Below, one piece after another: positions 1 to 10,300 of a stretch of DNA of 64,000 nucleotides (position 1 is its first letter; every line of letters begins with the position of its first letter). The notes under the pieces are model-generated. The model saw only the letters and a list, made by a program, of their open reading frames with translations, made no database searches and was not told the DNA's origin. The DNA comes from Candidatus Rariloculaceae bacterium. GTDB lineage: Bacteria > Pseudomonadota > Gammaproteobacteria > Steroidobacterales > Rariloculaceae. Location: assembly GCA_965204155.1 (NCBI GenBank), contig OZ241971.1, positions 2,304,100-2,368,099 on the forward strand. Direction: 5' to 3'. The position numbers and the translations under genes are program-made.

Positions 1-663
1 ATCGGCACGCCGGAGTACTGGCTGGCGCTGGGCGGGTTCTTCTCGGCGCTGGAACCGATCCCGCTGGTGGCCATGGTGGTGCACGCCGTCTACGACGCGG
101 GCCGGCACGGCTTCCGGAGCAACAACCACCCCGCGCTGGCATGGCTCATCGCGCACGCGTTCGGGAATTTCCTGGGCGCAGGCGTGTGGGGATTCATGCA
201 GACGCTGCCGCAGATCAACCTCTATACCCACGGCACCCAGTGGTCGTCGTCGCACGGCCACCTGGCGTTCTTCGGCGCCTATGCGACCATCGTCATCGCC
301 TTCATCTACATCGCCCTGCAGAAATGGCGCGGCGACGTGTGGATGTCGGCCGACCTGCCCGACCGGGGCTGGAAGTGGAAGTGGTCGCTGGGGCTGCAGT
401 GCGTCGGGGTAATGGGCATGACCATGGCCATGCTCATCGCCGGCTACGAGCAGGCATTCGTCGAACGGGCCATGGGCGGCTCCACCTGGCAGGCGTACTT
501 CGAGGGCCAGACACAGCCCTGGTTCATCCAGGCGATGTACTGGCGCATGGTATTCGGCGTGGTGATGACGGCGGGTATGCTGATCCTGTTCTGGGATCTG
601 CTGACCATCGGCCGGAACGAGACCCGGCCGGCGAAGGATGTGCATGCACTGGATGAGGCGTAG
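1..663 (+). CDS. norB: Nitric-oxide reductase large subunit (NorB, heme-copper oxidase subunit I family), C-terminal part; 5-prime end lies outside the window
   Basis: Frame 1 is open from nt 1 (IGTPEYWLALGGFFSALEPIPLV...) to TAG 661-663. Hydrophobic helices and SSHGHLAFFGAYA / GNFLGAGVWGF motifs are typical of the NorB C-terminus. Confidence 0.8.
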   Translation: MGTPEYWLALGGFFSALEPIPLVAMVVHAVYDAGRHGFRSNNHPALAWLIAHAFGNFLGAGVWGFMQTLPQINLYTHGTQWSSSHGHLAFFGAYATIVIAFIYIALQKWRGDVWMSADLPDRGWKWKWSLGLQCVGVMGMTMAMLIAGYEQAFVERAMGGSTWQAYFEGQTQPWFIQAMYWRMVFGVVMTAGMLILFWDLLTIGRNETRPAKDVHALDEA

Positions 664-765
664 GCGCCGGATGACGCGGATGCACCGGGCGGCGTGCGTG
701 CATCGGGCAACGTGATTGCACCGGACTGTAAGCAGGCGGAAGCGATCCAGACTGGAGGTAAGACG

Positions 766-1080
766 ATGAAGCGTGGTTTGGTACTGATTTTCGTCGTGAT
801 GACGGCGGGCGCAACAACCGCCTGGGCCGAGGGCGATGCGGAGCGCGGGCAGTCAATGGCGGCGCTGTGTTCCGCCTGCCACGGACCCGACGGCGTCAGC
901 GTCAACCCCCTCTGGCCCAGCCTCGCCGGCCAGCAGGAGCTTTACCTGGTCAACTCGATCAAGGCGTACCGGGACGGGGTGCGCGAGGATGTCTCCATGC
1001 AGCCGTTCGTCGCCACACTCTCCGATCAGGATGTGGAAGACCTGGCCGCGTATTACGCCTCCCTGACCCCGTGTCCCTAG
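766..1080 (+). CDS. Class I monoheme c-type cytochrome (c-553/c-551-like), periplasmic
   Basis: ATG 766 is preceded by GGAGG (754-758). Signal peptide MKRGLVLIFVVMTAGATTAWA, single CSACH heme-binding motif, distal Met context (SMQPF). Confidence 0.8.
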   Translation: MKRGLVLIFVVMTAGATTAWAEGDAERGQSMAALCSACHGPDGVSVNPLWPSLAGQQELYLVNSIKAYRDGVREDVSMQPFVATLSDQDVEDLAAYYASLTPCP

Positions 1081-1907
1081 GGCTTTCGCGCCAGCGCCCA
1101 ACCCCATCCCATGGCGGCCACGGCGCCGGGCTGTTCCTTCCAGCGGTCCAGTTCGCGCCGCCAATTGTCGAACTCCCGCCGCTCGGCCAGTCCGCGTTGG
1201 ACAGCGGCATCCACGGTTTCCGGTGAACAGAACCAGCCGGTGGCGAAGCCGTGAAAGAACGCGGTGTCTTCGGGCAGGCCGAAGAACTCGAACTCGGCTC
1301 CGGCCTCGACGTCCGCAAATCCCGCCTCGAGTAGTTTCCGCTTCAACTCTCTGCCCATCTGCGGGTGGCCGCCGTTGGCCGAGAGCAGGTCCGCGAACAG
1401 GTCCCACCCGCTGTTCAGCGGATCGCCCCCCGGCTCGAAGAAACACGACGCGCAGATGACCTCCCGGCAGGCGAGCAGCCCGCCGGGCTTGAGCACGCGC
1501 CTGATTTCGGCCAGCACCGCGGCCGTGTCGGGCACGTGCATGAGCACGGCGTGGCAGTGCGCGACGTCGAACGCATCGTCCTCGAAGGACAGCGCCGTCA
1601 CATCGCCGGTACTCACCTCCATGTTGCCGTGTCCGCCGGCGCTTGCGGCGGCCCGGGCCAGTTCGATTTGGGAGGATTCCATGTCGATGCCGTGCAAGGC
1701 GCCGGGCTTCACCGCATCCGCGAGGCCCACCGAGATCGTGCCTGGACCGCAGCCGAAATCCAGCAGCGTCTGGCCCGGTCGCAGGTGGGGCAGCAGGTAC
1801 GCCGCGCTGGTCGTTGCGCTGCGCCGATTGAGCAACTGCAGGAACTCCTCGCTGTATCCCATCGTGTAGGTGGTTGCGGACGTGTCGCTGCCGTCGGAAT
1901 CTCTCAT
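1077..1907 (-). CDS. Class I SAM-dependent methyltransferase
   Basis: 276-aa ORF with motif I LLDFGCGPGTISVGLA and post-I/II motifs (GIDMESSQ, VLKPGGLL). Its stop overlaps the cytochrome c stop (CTAG, 1077-1080). The start could instead be Met16 (1862). Confidence 0.8.
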   Translation of the reverse strand: MRDSDGSDTSATTYTMGYSEEFLQLLNRRSATTSAAYLLPHLRPGQTLLDFGCGPGTISVGLADAVKPGALHGIDMESSQIELARAAASAGGHGNMEVSTGDVTALSFEDDAFDVAHCHAVLMHVPDTAAVLAEIRRVLKPGGLLACREVICASCFFEPGGDPLNSGWDLFADLLSANGGHPQMGRELKRKLLEAGFADVEAGAEFEFFGLPEDTAFFHGFATGWFCSPETVDAAVQRGLAERREFDNWRRELDRWKEQPGAVAAMGWGWALARKP

Positions 1908-2113
1908 GTCGCCTCCCTGTGCGTTGGTGCGCGCGCATTATGGCCGCACACGCCGCAGCGCGCCAATCGCCACGCCCGTGTCGAGCCAGGCTTCGTGCGC
2001 GACAGCCGGCGACATTCACCCGGCGACCTCCGCCGAAATCGCAAGTCCTGCCCGAAGACCGATTGATTTTTCCGGAATGTGACCACTAACCCGGTAACAA
2101 CCCTTCTCACAGG

Positions 2114-3142
2114 ATGACGACAATGACGGACAAACTGTTTCGAATGGCGATCGTATTGCTCTCGGCCGCAGCCCTGGCAGGCTGCGCCGGGGAGGGCGGC
2201 AGTGAGGGACCGGAAGGGCCGGAAGGTTCCGGCGGCGACGGACCGGAGGGGATCGAAGGCGGCAGCGGGAGCGCGCCCGCGCCGTTCGTGAGCTCGGGCA
2301 TCTCCCGCGGCACGTTCCAGTCCATCTCCCTGGACCCGGACGAGAGTTTCGCCGGGCTGCTGCACGACACCGAGGTGGCGGTGTACTACGACCCGGTGCT
2401 GGAACTGTTCACCGGACGGCTTCGCAACGAGGCGACAGAGGCGGTGTGCGACGTCAGCGTGACGGTCACGCTGGACGGCTACCGCACGGTCAACACGAGC
2501 TACTCGGGACGCCCGTTCGTGCTGGACGGGCTGGCGCAGTACCAGCGGGGCACGTTCGAGTTTCCGGTGCCGGGCACCAGCTTCGGCAACTGGACGGTGG
2601 CGGCCGAGACCTACGGGTGCACGTCCGCGCCCGGGCCCGTGGCCGGCGGCGGTGAAGGCGGCGAAAGCGGCGGCGAGGGCAGTGAGGGCGGCGGCGGCGA
2701 GGGCTCCGGCGGCGAGCACGGCGGGTCGGGCGGCGGCGGCGAGGGCGGCGGTGAACATGGCGGTTCGGGCGGCGAGGGCGGCGGCGAACACGGCGGATCG
2801 GGCGAAGGCTCCGGCGAAGGCGGGGGCGAGAGCGGCGACGAAACCAGCCCGCCGATCCCCATCAACCAGCCCGTCGCCGGACGGTTCCTGAACCAGGACT
2901 ACCGGTTCGCATATGATGCCCTGCATGGCGTGTTTCGGGGCACCGTGATGAATCCCACCGACGCGTTCGTATGCGAGTCCCGCACCGAGATCCACCTGGG
3001 GTCGGGCGGCACGGTGATCGAACTCGGCCCGACCATGCCGGTGAACCTTCCGCCCGGCGGCATGCTCAAAATAGTGATGTCGGCCGACGGCTACGTGCTC
3101 GACATGTACACGCTGCATCCCGAATCCACGCCGTGCCAGTGA
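2114..3142 (+). CDS. Bilobed lipoprotein with central Gly/Glu/His-rich repeat linker (unknown family)
   Basis: Lipobox LSAAALAGC. Two related lobes (FTGRLRNEATEAVCDVSVTVTLDG vs FRGTVMNPTDAFVCESRTEIHLGSG), each ending in a Cys. They are separated by GGEGSEGGGGEGSGGEHGGSGGGGEGGGEHGGSGGEGGGEHGGSG (about nt 2640-2840). Confidence 0.7.
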   Translation: MTTMTDKLFRMAIVLLSAAALAGCAGEGGSEGPEGPEGSGGDGPEGIEGGSGSAPAPFVSSGISRGTFQSISLDPDESFAGLLHDTEVAVYYDPVLELFTGRLRNEATEAVCDVSVTVTLDGYRTVNTSYSGRPFVLDGLAQYQRGTFEFPVPGTSFGNWTVAAETYGCTSAPGPVAGGGEGGESGGEGSEGGGGEGSGGEHGGSGGGGEGGGEHGGSGGEGGGEHGGSGEGSGEGGGESGDETSPPIPINQPVAGRFLNQDYRFAYDALHGVFRGTVMNPTDAFVCESRTEIHLGSGGTVIELGPTMPVNLPPGGMLKIVMSADGYVLDMYTLHPESTPCQ

Positions 3143-3180
3143 CGGCGCGGGCCGGGACACAGGATGGCGCAGCGGGGCGC

Positions 3181-3834
3181 GTGGGAACGCGCCCCGCACC
3201 CTGGAACCGACACGTGCACACCGACGACAAACTGCTGGCAACGCGGGTACTGAACGGCGACCGGGCGGCGCTGCGCCGGTTCTTCGACAGCTACTACCCA
3301 CCCACCTACCGCTACTGCCTGCGCCGGGTGTCGCCGCAGGACGCCGAGGAACTGGCCACCGACGCCCTGCGCCACGCCATCCGGCGGCTCGACGGCTACC
3401 GCGGCGAGGCGCGGCTGCTCACCTGGATCCACGGCATCGCGCGCAAGCTGCTGGCGTCGCATTTCAGGCGGACCGCGCGGCATCGCAAGGTCGTGTACAT
3501 AGACGACAACGAGCGCGTGCGCGCGCAGGTCGAAGCAATGGCGGCCGACCCGGGCGAATCGCCCGAGTACGCGCACGAGCTTCGCGAGCGCCAGGACCTG
3601 GTGCACCGGATGCTGGACCGCCTGCCGGTGGACTACGGGCAGGTGCTGGAATGGAAGTACATCGAGGGATTGAGCGTGGAGGAGATCGCCGGGCGGCTTC
3701 AGACCACCGCCGTCTCCGTCCAGTCCAGGCTGGCTCGCGCGCGCCGATCCTTCAGGCAATGTTTCGAGAACCCGGGCCGCGATCCCGCAGGGGCACTGGC
3801 CGCGTCCGGGTTCACCGGCGGAGAAAACCCATGA
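3181..3834 (+). CDS. ECF-type RNA polymerase sigma-70 family factor (FecI-like)
   Basis: Region 2 (LRRFFDSYYPPTYRYCLRRV, DAEELATDAL) and region 4 HTH (LEWKYIEGLSVEEIAGRLQTTAVSVQSRLARAR). GTG start at 3181 or 3214. The stop overlaps the next ATG (ATGA at 3831-3834). Confidence 0.85.
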   Translation: MGTRPAPWNRHVHTDDKLLATRVLNGDRAALRRFFDSYYPPTYRYCLRRVSPQDAEELATDALRHAIRRLDGYRGEARLLTWIHGIARKLLASHFRRTARHRKVVYIDDNERVRAQVEAMAADPGESPEYAHELRERQDLVHRMLDRLPVDYGQVLEWKYIEGLSVEEIAGRLQTTAVSVQSRLARARRSFRQCFENPGRDPAGALAASGFTGGENP

Positions 3835-4853
3835 ACGAACCGCACACCGAAGACGAGATCATCGAGATGTTTACCGACGTGGAAAGGCGGCCCGAACCGC
3901 CCCAGGAGGCAATGGACCGCGCCTTTGCGGCGGTGGAGGAGGAGTGGGAGTCGGTCGTGTCGCAACGCCGCCGGCGGGTGCAGCGCCGCCGCTGGGCGGT
4001 GGCCGCGGCGGTGCTCGTGGCCGTCGCCGGAACGTTCGCCGGGCTGCGGGTGACGATGGCGCCCGCGCCCACGGCCCTGCTTGTACAGGGCGATGTCGTC
4101 ATCGGCGGCGGCTCGGCGCAGGGCGCCGCGGGCACGGTGCCGGGCGCCGCTGACTCGGCGCTGGCCGCAGCTGACTCCATGCCAGCCGCCGCCGGCACGA
4201 CGCTGGAACTGGACCCGGCCGCCGACATCGTCTCCCGGACCGCCAGCCGGTGGGTATCGGAGACCGGCGTCGACCTGCGCCTCGCTCAGGATTCCCGGGT
4301 GCGGTGGACCCGGTCGGACGAGATCGAGCTTCTCGAGGGGACCGTCTACGTGGCCACCGACGGGGCCGCGGCGTTCGCCGTGGACACCCGGTTCGGCCGC
4401 GTGCTCGACATCGGCACCCGGTACCAGGTGAGAGCGTTCGACGACCGCGTCGAGGTGGCGGTGCGCGAAGGCCGGGTCCAGCTCACGTCCTCGCACGGCG
4501 AAGTGCTGAGCGATGAGGTGGACGAGCTCACGGTGGCGGTCCTTGCGGCCCACGCCGACGGCGTGTTCCGCTTCACCGAAGCGAGCACCGGCCAGCGCTG
4601 GGAGTGGATCCACGAGGCGCCGGCCGGGTACGGCAGCGACGAGCCGCTGGTCCTGTTGCGGGACATCGCGCGGGACCTCGGCAAGCAGTTGCGGTTCCAG
4701 TCCATCGGCGTGGAAGCCTCGCTGGCGCCGGTGCGCGTGGACGGGGACTTTACCGGCATGGCGCCCCTGGACGCCTTGCAAATCCTCGCCGCAGCGACCA
4801 GCATTCGGTGGCAGGACGAGGGCGACGCGATACTCGTCGACCTCACCCCGTAA
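3831..4853 (+). CDS. FecR-family anti-sigma factor / transmembrane sensor
   Basis: Translationally coupled to the sigma gene. One TM segment (WAVAAAVLVAVAGTFAGL) and a periplasmic FecR-like beta domain (VRWTRSDEIELLEGTVYVATDG...FGRVLDIGTRYQV). Confidence 0.8.
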   Translation: MNEPHTEDEIIEMFTDVERRPEPPQEAMDRAFAAVEEEWESVVSQRRRRVQRRRWAVAAAVLVAVAGTFAGLRVTMAPAPTALLVQGDVVIGGGSAQGAAGTVPGAADSALAAADSMPAAAGTTLELDPAADIVSRTASRWVSETGVDLRLAQDSRVRWTRSDEIELLEGTVYVATDGAAAFAVDTRFGRVLDIGTRYQVRAFDDRVEVAVREGRVQLTSSHGEVLSDEVDELTVAVLAAHADGVFRFTEASTGQRWEWIHEAPAGYGSDEPLVLLRDIARDLGKQLRFQSIGVEASLAPVRVDGDFTGMAPLDALQILAAATSIRWQDEGDAILVDLTP

Positions 4854-4900
4854 CTGACCGGTGCAGCGCCGCCCGGCTCGCGCGTTGCCCTGCGGCGTCT

Positions 4901-7255
4901 ATGCAGAGATTCATCGTTCCCGCTGCCTGCCTGCTTGCATGGGCCGCCGCCGTGCAGGGTCAGGCCCGCGACCCCGTCGTCGTCGGCGAACCGGTCCGCG
5001 ACGCCATCGACCGGTTCGGCGAACTCAACATCTTCTCCTCCTCCCGCCTGCTGCCCGGGCGCGCGGTGGTGCGGGTGCTGCCCGACGCCGCAGCCGGGCC
5101 CGTCGAGCAGATCAACTTCCTGCTGGCCCCGTACGGGCTGGTGCTGGAAATGACGGACGACGCCACCGGCTACGTCGCGCGGGCCGAGCTGCCGCCCGCG
5201 ACGGACGACCCAGCGCCGGCCGTGTTGCCGCCCGTGCCGGCGGCTGTCCCCGCGCCGCTGGAGGAGATCGTCGTGCGCGCGCCGTACCGGCTGGAGCGCA
5301 CGCTGCGCCGCACCACGCTGGACTGGCGCCAACTGTCGCAGATCCCCGCCCTGGGCGGCGACGCGCTGCGAAGCCTGCACGTGTTGCCCGGCGTGGCCAC
5401 GGACGGGTATTCGGCGCGCCACCGGATCCGGGGCGGCGATCACAACGAAGTGCTGTACCGGCTCGACGGGGTGACCCAGTTCGAGGCGTTCCATTTCAGC
5501 GACGTGCAGAGCCTGTTCTCGGCGGTGAATTCCAACGTGATCGAATCCGCCGACGTCTACGTCTCCGGCTACCCGGTGCGCTTCGGCACGCGCATGAGCG
5601 GCGTGGTCGACCAGCATCTCGTGGAACCCGAGCGGCCCAGCCACGGCACGGTCGACGTTAACCTGCTGGCGGCCTCGGCCGACCTGCGCGGTTACCAGGG
5701 CAACTGGTCCTGGCTCCTTTCCGGGCGCGTCAGCCTCATCGGAGAATTCGTCGGCTCGCTTCGATCCGGGGACGGGGAGGATATCGACACGCCCACGTTC
5801 GACGACCAGATCGCGCGGCTCGCCTGGAACGACGCCCGCAACGAGTTCGTGCTGGGCGCGATCCGCTCCGACGAGACGCTGGACGTGGAGCGGGAGAGCA
5901 CGGGCGAACGCGGAATCGGGTCGTACCGGGTCGACGACCTCTGGCTGCGGTGGAGTCACGGGTTCGGAAGCGGCGCCGTCATGAGCTGGCAGGCCAGGCG
6001 GTTCGATGCCGCGCGCGCCAGGCGGGGCACGCTGGAACGGGAATTCGACGCCGCGCGCGCCAGGGAGGGCACGCTGGAAAGCGAATTCGATGCCGCGCGC
6101 GTCGGGGAGGGCACGCTGGAGGGCGAATTCGACGCTGGCGGGCGCCTGAGCGCCTCGCGGGAATTCGCCATCGCCTCCCTTGCCAACGAGTGGCGCTGGT
6201 CCACGGGCCGCGCCACCGACTGGCGTGCGGGCTGGACGCTCGCGAACCACTCCGCGGACTACACCGCCGCCTTCGATGCCGCCTACGGCCCGCTCGCCCG
6301 GCCCGTCCAGGCGGCCGCCTCACGCTCGCGCGCCCTGTCCGTCGTCGAGTCGGGCCGAAGCCGCCACGCGTACGTATCTGCGTCCCGGGCACTGGGCGGC
6401 GGCGTCACGGCAACCGCGGGGCTGCGCCACGACGATCAGGACATCGCGGAGGTGGACGCCGGTGCGTGGAGCGCCCGCGCTGCGCTCCAGTGGCGCCTCT
6501 CGGAGCGCTGGACGGCGGACCTGGACGTGGGGCGCTATAGCCAGCAGCAGTTCCTGCACGAAGTGCAGATCGACGACGGCCTGACGCGCCTGGAACCGCC
6601 GCAGAACGCCGACCAGGTCAACCTGGGAGTGCAGTGGGACGGCGGCGGCGGCCTGCGCCTCCGGGCCGACGTCTTCGCCCGCCGCATCCCCGACCCCTGG
6701 ACGCGGTTCGACAACCTCTACAACCGCCTCGTGCTGCTGCCGGAGCTGCACGGCGACCGCTACCGCATCGCCTCCGACGAGGCCCGCATCCGCGGCGCGG
6801 AGTTCGCCGCCACCCGGACGGCGGGCGATCTCTCCTGGAGCCTGAGCTACACCATCAGCAGCGCCGAGGAACGCGTCGGCGGGGTGTGGCGCCCACGTTC
6901 CTGGGACCAGCCGCACGCCGTCAAGACGGGGCTGGCCTGGAACGGCCGCGCCTGGCGAATCGGCGCGTTCGCCACCTGGCGCTCGGGCTGGCCGGTGACG
7001 GCGCCGGTGACCGACCCGGCGCAACTCCCGTGGAGCCTGAACGGCGACCGGCTGCCCGCCTACGCCTCGGTGGACGTGAACGTCCGGCGCGTGCGCGAAA
7101 CGGCCCGCGGCGTGTTCGAGGTGTACCTGGACATCACCAACCTGACCAACAGGAACAACGTCTCCGGCTACCTGTACGGGGAGGACTTCACCCGCGAAGG
7201 CGCCCGCTCACTGCCGATCATCCCGTCGCTGGGCCTGACCTGGCGCTGGCGGTAG
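4901..7255 (+). CDS. TonB-dependent receptor/transducer with N-terminal STN signalling domain
   Basis: Signal peptide MQRFIVPAACLLAWAAAVQG. STN-like segment (VRDAIDRFGELNIFSSSRLLPGR...YGLVLEM), plug (RIRGGDHNEVLYRLDGV), barrel with terminal ...SLGLTWRW. Confidence 0.85.
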   Translation: MQRFIVPAACLLAWAAAVQGQARDPVVVGEPVRDAIDRFGELNIFSSSRLLPGRAVVRVLPDAAAGPVEQINFLLAPYGLVLEMTDDATGYVARAELPPATDDPAPAVLPPVPAAVPAPLEEIVVRAPYRLERTLRRTTLDWRQLSQIPALGGDALRSLHVLPGVATDGYSARHRIRGGDHNEVLYRLDGVTQFEAFHFSDVQSLFSAVNSNVIESADVYVSGYPVRFGTRMSGVVDQHLVEPERPSHGTVDVNLLAASADLRGYQGNWSWLLSGRVSLIGEFVGSLRSGDGEDIDTPTFDDQIARLAWNDARNEFVLGAIRSDETLDVERESTGERGIGSYRVDDLWLRWSHGFGSGAVMSWQARRFDAARARRGTLEREFDAARAREGTLESEFDAARVGEGTLEGEFDAGGRLSASREFAIASLANEWRWSTGRATDWRAGWTLANHSADYTAAFDAAYGPLARPVQAAASRSRALSVVESGRSRHAYVSASRALGGGVTATAGLRHDDQDIAEVDAGAWSARAALQWRLSERWTADLDVGRYSQQQFLHEVQIDDGLTRLEPPQNADQVNLGVQWDGGGGLRLRADVFARRIPDPWTRFDNLYNRLVLLPELHGDRYRIASDEARIRGAEFAATRTAGDLSWSLSYTISSAEERVGGVWRPRSWDQPHAVKTGLAWNGRAWRIGAFATWRSGWPVTAPVTDPAQLPWSLNGDRLPAYASVDVNVRRVRETARGVFEVYLDITNLTNRNNVSGYLYGEDFTREGARSLPIIPSLGLTWRWR
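6002..6140 (+). repeat. In-frame 42-nt tandem repeat (3.3 units, FDAARAxxGTLExE) inside the TonB-dependent receptor
   Basis: Units at 6002-6043, 6044-6085 and 6086-6127, plus a partial unit; near-identical at DNA level. Confidence 0.85.
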
Positions 7256-7304
7256 GCGCCGGGTCGCGAACGGCTTCGACCCATCGCCCTTTCTTTCGAA
7301 GCCC

Positions 7305-10300
7305 CTACGGGCTTTCAGTCGACGGCACGTTGACAGGCTCGATGGACAACGGGGTGCCCTGAGCATCGAGAATCGCCAGAAACACGGGAGGGCGTTCGGG
7401 CGCCGGCACGCGCACCGCCCAGGCCCGAAGGGGTTCCCCGTGCGTGGTGGTCATCAACGCCATCGGTTCCCGGTAGATTTCCTGCCAGTTTGCGTCCAGA
7501 AGAGTGAAGAAGTACTCCCCGCCGGTGCCTGGCGGCCGCGGCGGTTGCGTGCTGGCGTCGATCCGCATGATCGACCACAGGCCAAATTCGTCGAAGGCGC
7601 CCGTGAATGCAATGCTCGGACGGGAAGCGTCCGTAGACTCGGCCTCCGCCTGCAGGGGCGCCTGCGCAACGGAAAAGGCCGCGGGGGCGGTCGCGGACTG
7701 CGCGGCGTACGGGGCCGCAAGAGTGGTCATCGATGGTGAAACTCCTGAGCCCGGGCCGATTTCGAGGCTCGGCCCGACACGCTCCGGGGTTTCGGGTTGT
7801 TCCGTGACGCCCAACCGGTGATCCACCATCTTGTTGTAGTTGTAGTCCGAAACGAATATCGGGCTGCAATAGCTCATCACGTCGCGATAGGGAATATCGG
7901 CTTCCGCATGGGCGAACTCGTCCCGGCTGCCGATCCAACCCCTGCGCGGGCCGATCCCGGCACCCTCATAGGGGAAGCCGCCGTCTATCGGTTCGGTTTC
8001 CCCGCAATTGCCCGGCGCATGGATCAGGCCAAGATTGTGGCCGATTTCGTGCGCATGCGTGCCCCTGCCGCAGAACTCGCGCTCCGGCCGGCAGCGCTCG
8101 TTGAAGGCGCCGCTGACGGCTACTTTCTCCGGCGCATATGCGAGTCCGCGAAATCCCAGTGTGAGTTCATCGGTGGACATCAACCCATGGTAGTACTCGT
8201 TTTCGCCTGCTTCGGCATTCCACCGGTGCAGCAGTTCATTCAGCGCGGTCTGCGTGCTCAATTCCTTGTTTGAATCGCCCAGATTCCGGCCCGACAGGTC
8301 CAGCAGGCGTCCGACCTGCGCCCGGTAGTCTCCGATCGGCAGCAGGTCACCGATGACCGCCATGTAGGTGTCGGTGTCGATGCCGGGGGGGTCGCCGGAG
8401 AACACGATGGGCACGAACGTCACGTCGAAAACCGGCACCGCATGCCCGTCCATCGTCAAGGTGGCCATATTGTCCGTTTCGTCGGTTTCCTCGAGCCGGT
8501 TGTAGGGGTCGATTGCAAGAATGGCCCGATGGCCGGCATCGGCCCAGGCGGCCGGAAATTCGAAGACGTACTCCGTTTCCCACAATCCGCTGGAGGAATT
8601 GCCCGGCACGGAAACGATCTGCGGACCCTGAACAAGTTCGGCTCCCGCTGCCCACGCCCGGCCGTCGGCGTCGTTCAGGCTGACGGACAACTCCGGCATC
8701 GGGTCGGGACTTTCGCTGCCGATTCGCACCGCCACCGTCGTCGCCCGATGCAACAGCGCCTTTGTGTGATCCGAAGCGCTTCCTTCTCCCGTGCCCGGCC
8801 CGCCGCCGGCCGCCTGCGATTCGTCGAGTTCCCACTGCCACACCATCGGGCCCTGAAACAGTTCCATGGCGACGATACGGGCATTCAGGTCCGCCAGGTC
8901 GGCGTCCGGATCGCTTGTCCAGTTGGCGCCCAACGCCAGCAACATTCCCGTCATCGCCCGGTAATCCGCCGCCGCCGCCGCATGCAGCGGGGTGATGCCG
9001 CGATCGTCAGGAGCACCGGGATTCGCTCCGGCCTCAATCAATGCCGCTACCGACGCCAGGGTTGAACGAACAAGCGGTAACCGATAGTCGCGACTCGCGG
9101 CCCGATGCAATGCGGTTCGGCCACGGGAGTCTCGCGCCTCAACGTCCGCTCCCGCTCTGACCAATGCCGCAATCATGGGTGCCTGGCCCTCGCGCGCCGC
9201 TATGTGCAACGCGGTCAGTTCGCCGGCGTTTCGCGCCTCGAGGTCCGCCCCCGCCGCCGCCAACGCCGCAATCATCGCTGCGTTATCCAGCCGAACCGCC
9301 CGATGCAACGGCGTGTCGACGGACTCGGCGCGTGCGTCGAGGTCCGCCCCGGCTTCGACAAGCGCGGACAACGCGGCCAATCCAGCCGAATCGTCCCACC
9401 AGATTGCATGATGCAGCGCGGTCCAGCCCCTGTCGTCGCGCGCGTTCGGGTCCAGGCCTGCTTCCACGAGCGCCGCCGGATCCGGATTGTCTGCCGCCAG
9501 CGCCAGTACAGCCGCGAAGGTGCCGTTCTGCGCTTCCGCCAGCTCCACTACCGCCGCCATGTTGCTCGCCTCTGACGCCACCATCAACGCGGTCCATCCA
9601 TTACGGTCACGTGCCTGAAGGTCCGCGCCCGCATCCACCAGCGCGGCCAGCGCGGCCGATGCAGCCGAAAGGTCCGAATTTGCCGCCGCCGCAAAATGCA
9701 ACGCGTTCCGGCCCCAGAAATCGTTGCGTGCTTCAAGGTCCGCGCCCGCCTCCGCCAGCGCTGCGATCGCCTCCGCGTTGTAGGTTGACGGAGGTGCGTT
9801 TGCGCCAGATCTGCGCGTGGCCCCCGCTGCCAGCAGCAACGGCGTGTAGCCGTCAATGTCGAGCGCATCGGGATCCGCCCCGGCTGCAGCCAGTGCGGCG
9901 ATCAGTCCCGGACTGTTCGCCCGCGCCGCCGCATGCAACGCCGTGTAGTCGAACGCGTCGCGTGCATTCGGGTTGCTCACGTTCCCGCCCGCATGCGCTT
10001 CCACCAGCGCCGTCATCAGCGCCGCGCTTCCCCCCGGCGCGAGCTGCAACGCGCTGTAGCCTTCATCGTCGAGCGCGTTGGGGTCCGCCCCGGCCTCCAG
10101 CAGCACGGCGGTCGCCGCCCCCGCCGCCAGCGGACTACCCACCGCATCGCTGCCCGCCGCGGCATGCAATGCCGTGCGGCCGGAATTGTTGCGCGCGTTC
10201 GGATCCGCTCCGGCTGCCAGCAACGCCCTGACCGTCCCCGGTTTGTCCCGCTCTGCCGCGAGGTGCAGGAGGGAATCGCCGCCATTGTCGCGTGTCTCGA

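Noticed and set aside
1077-1080. Overlapping convergent stop codons (CTAG) of the cytochrome c and methyltransferase genes.
   Set aside because: This is a common trivial arrangement in compact genomes, with no functional implication.
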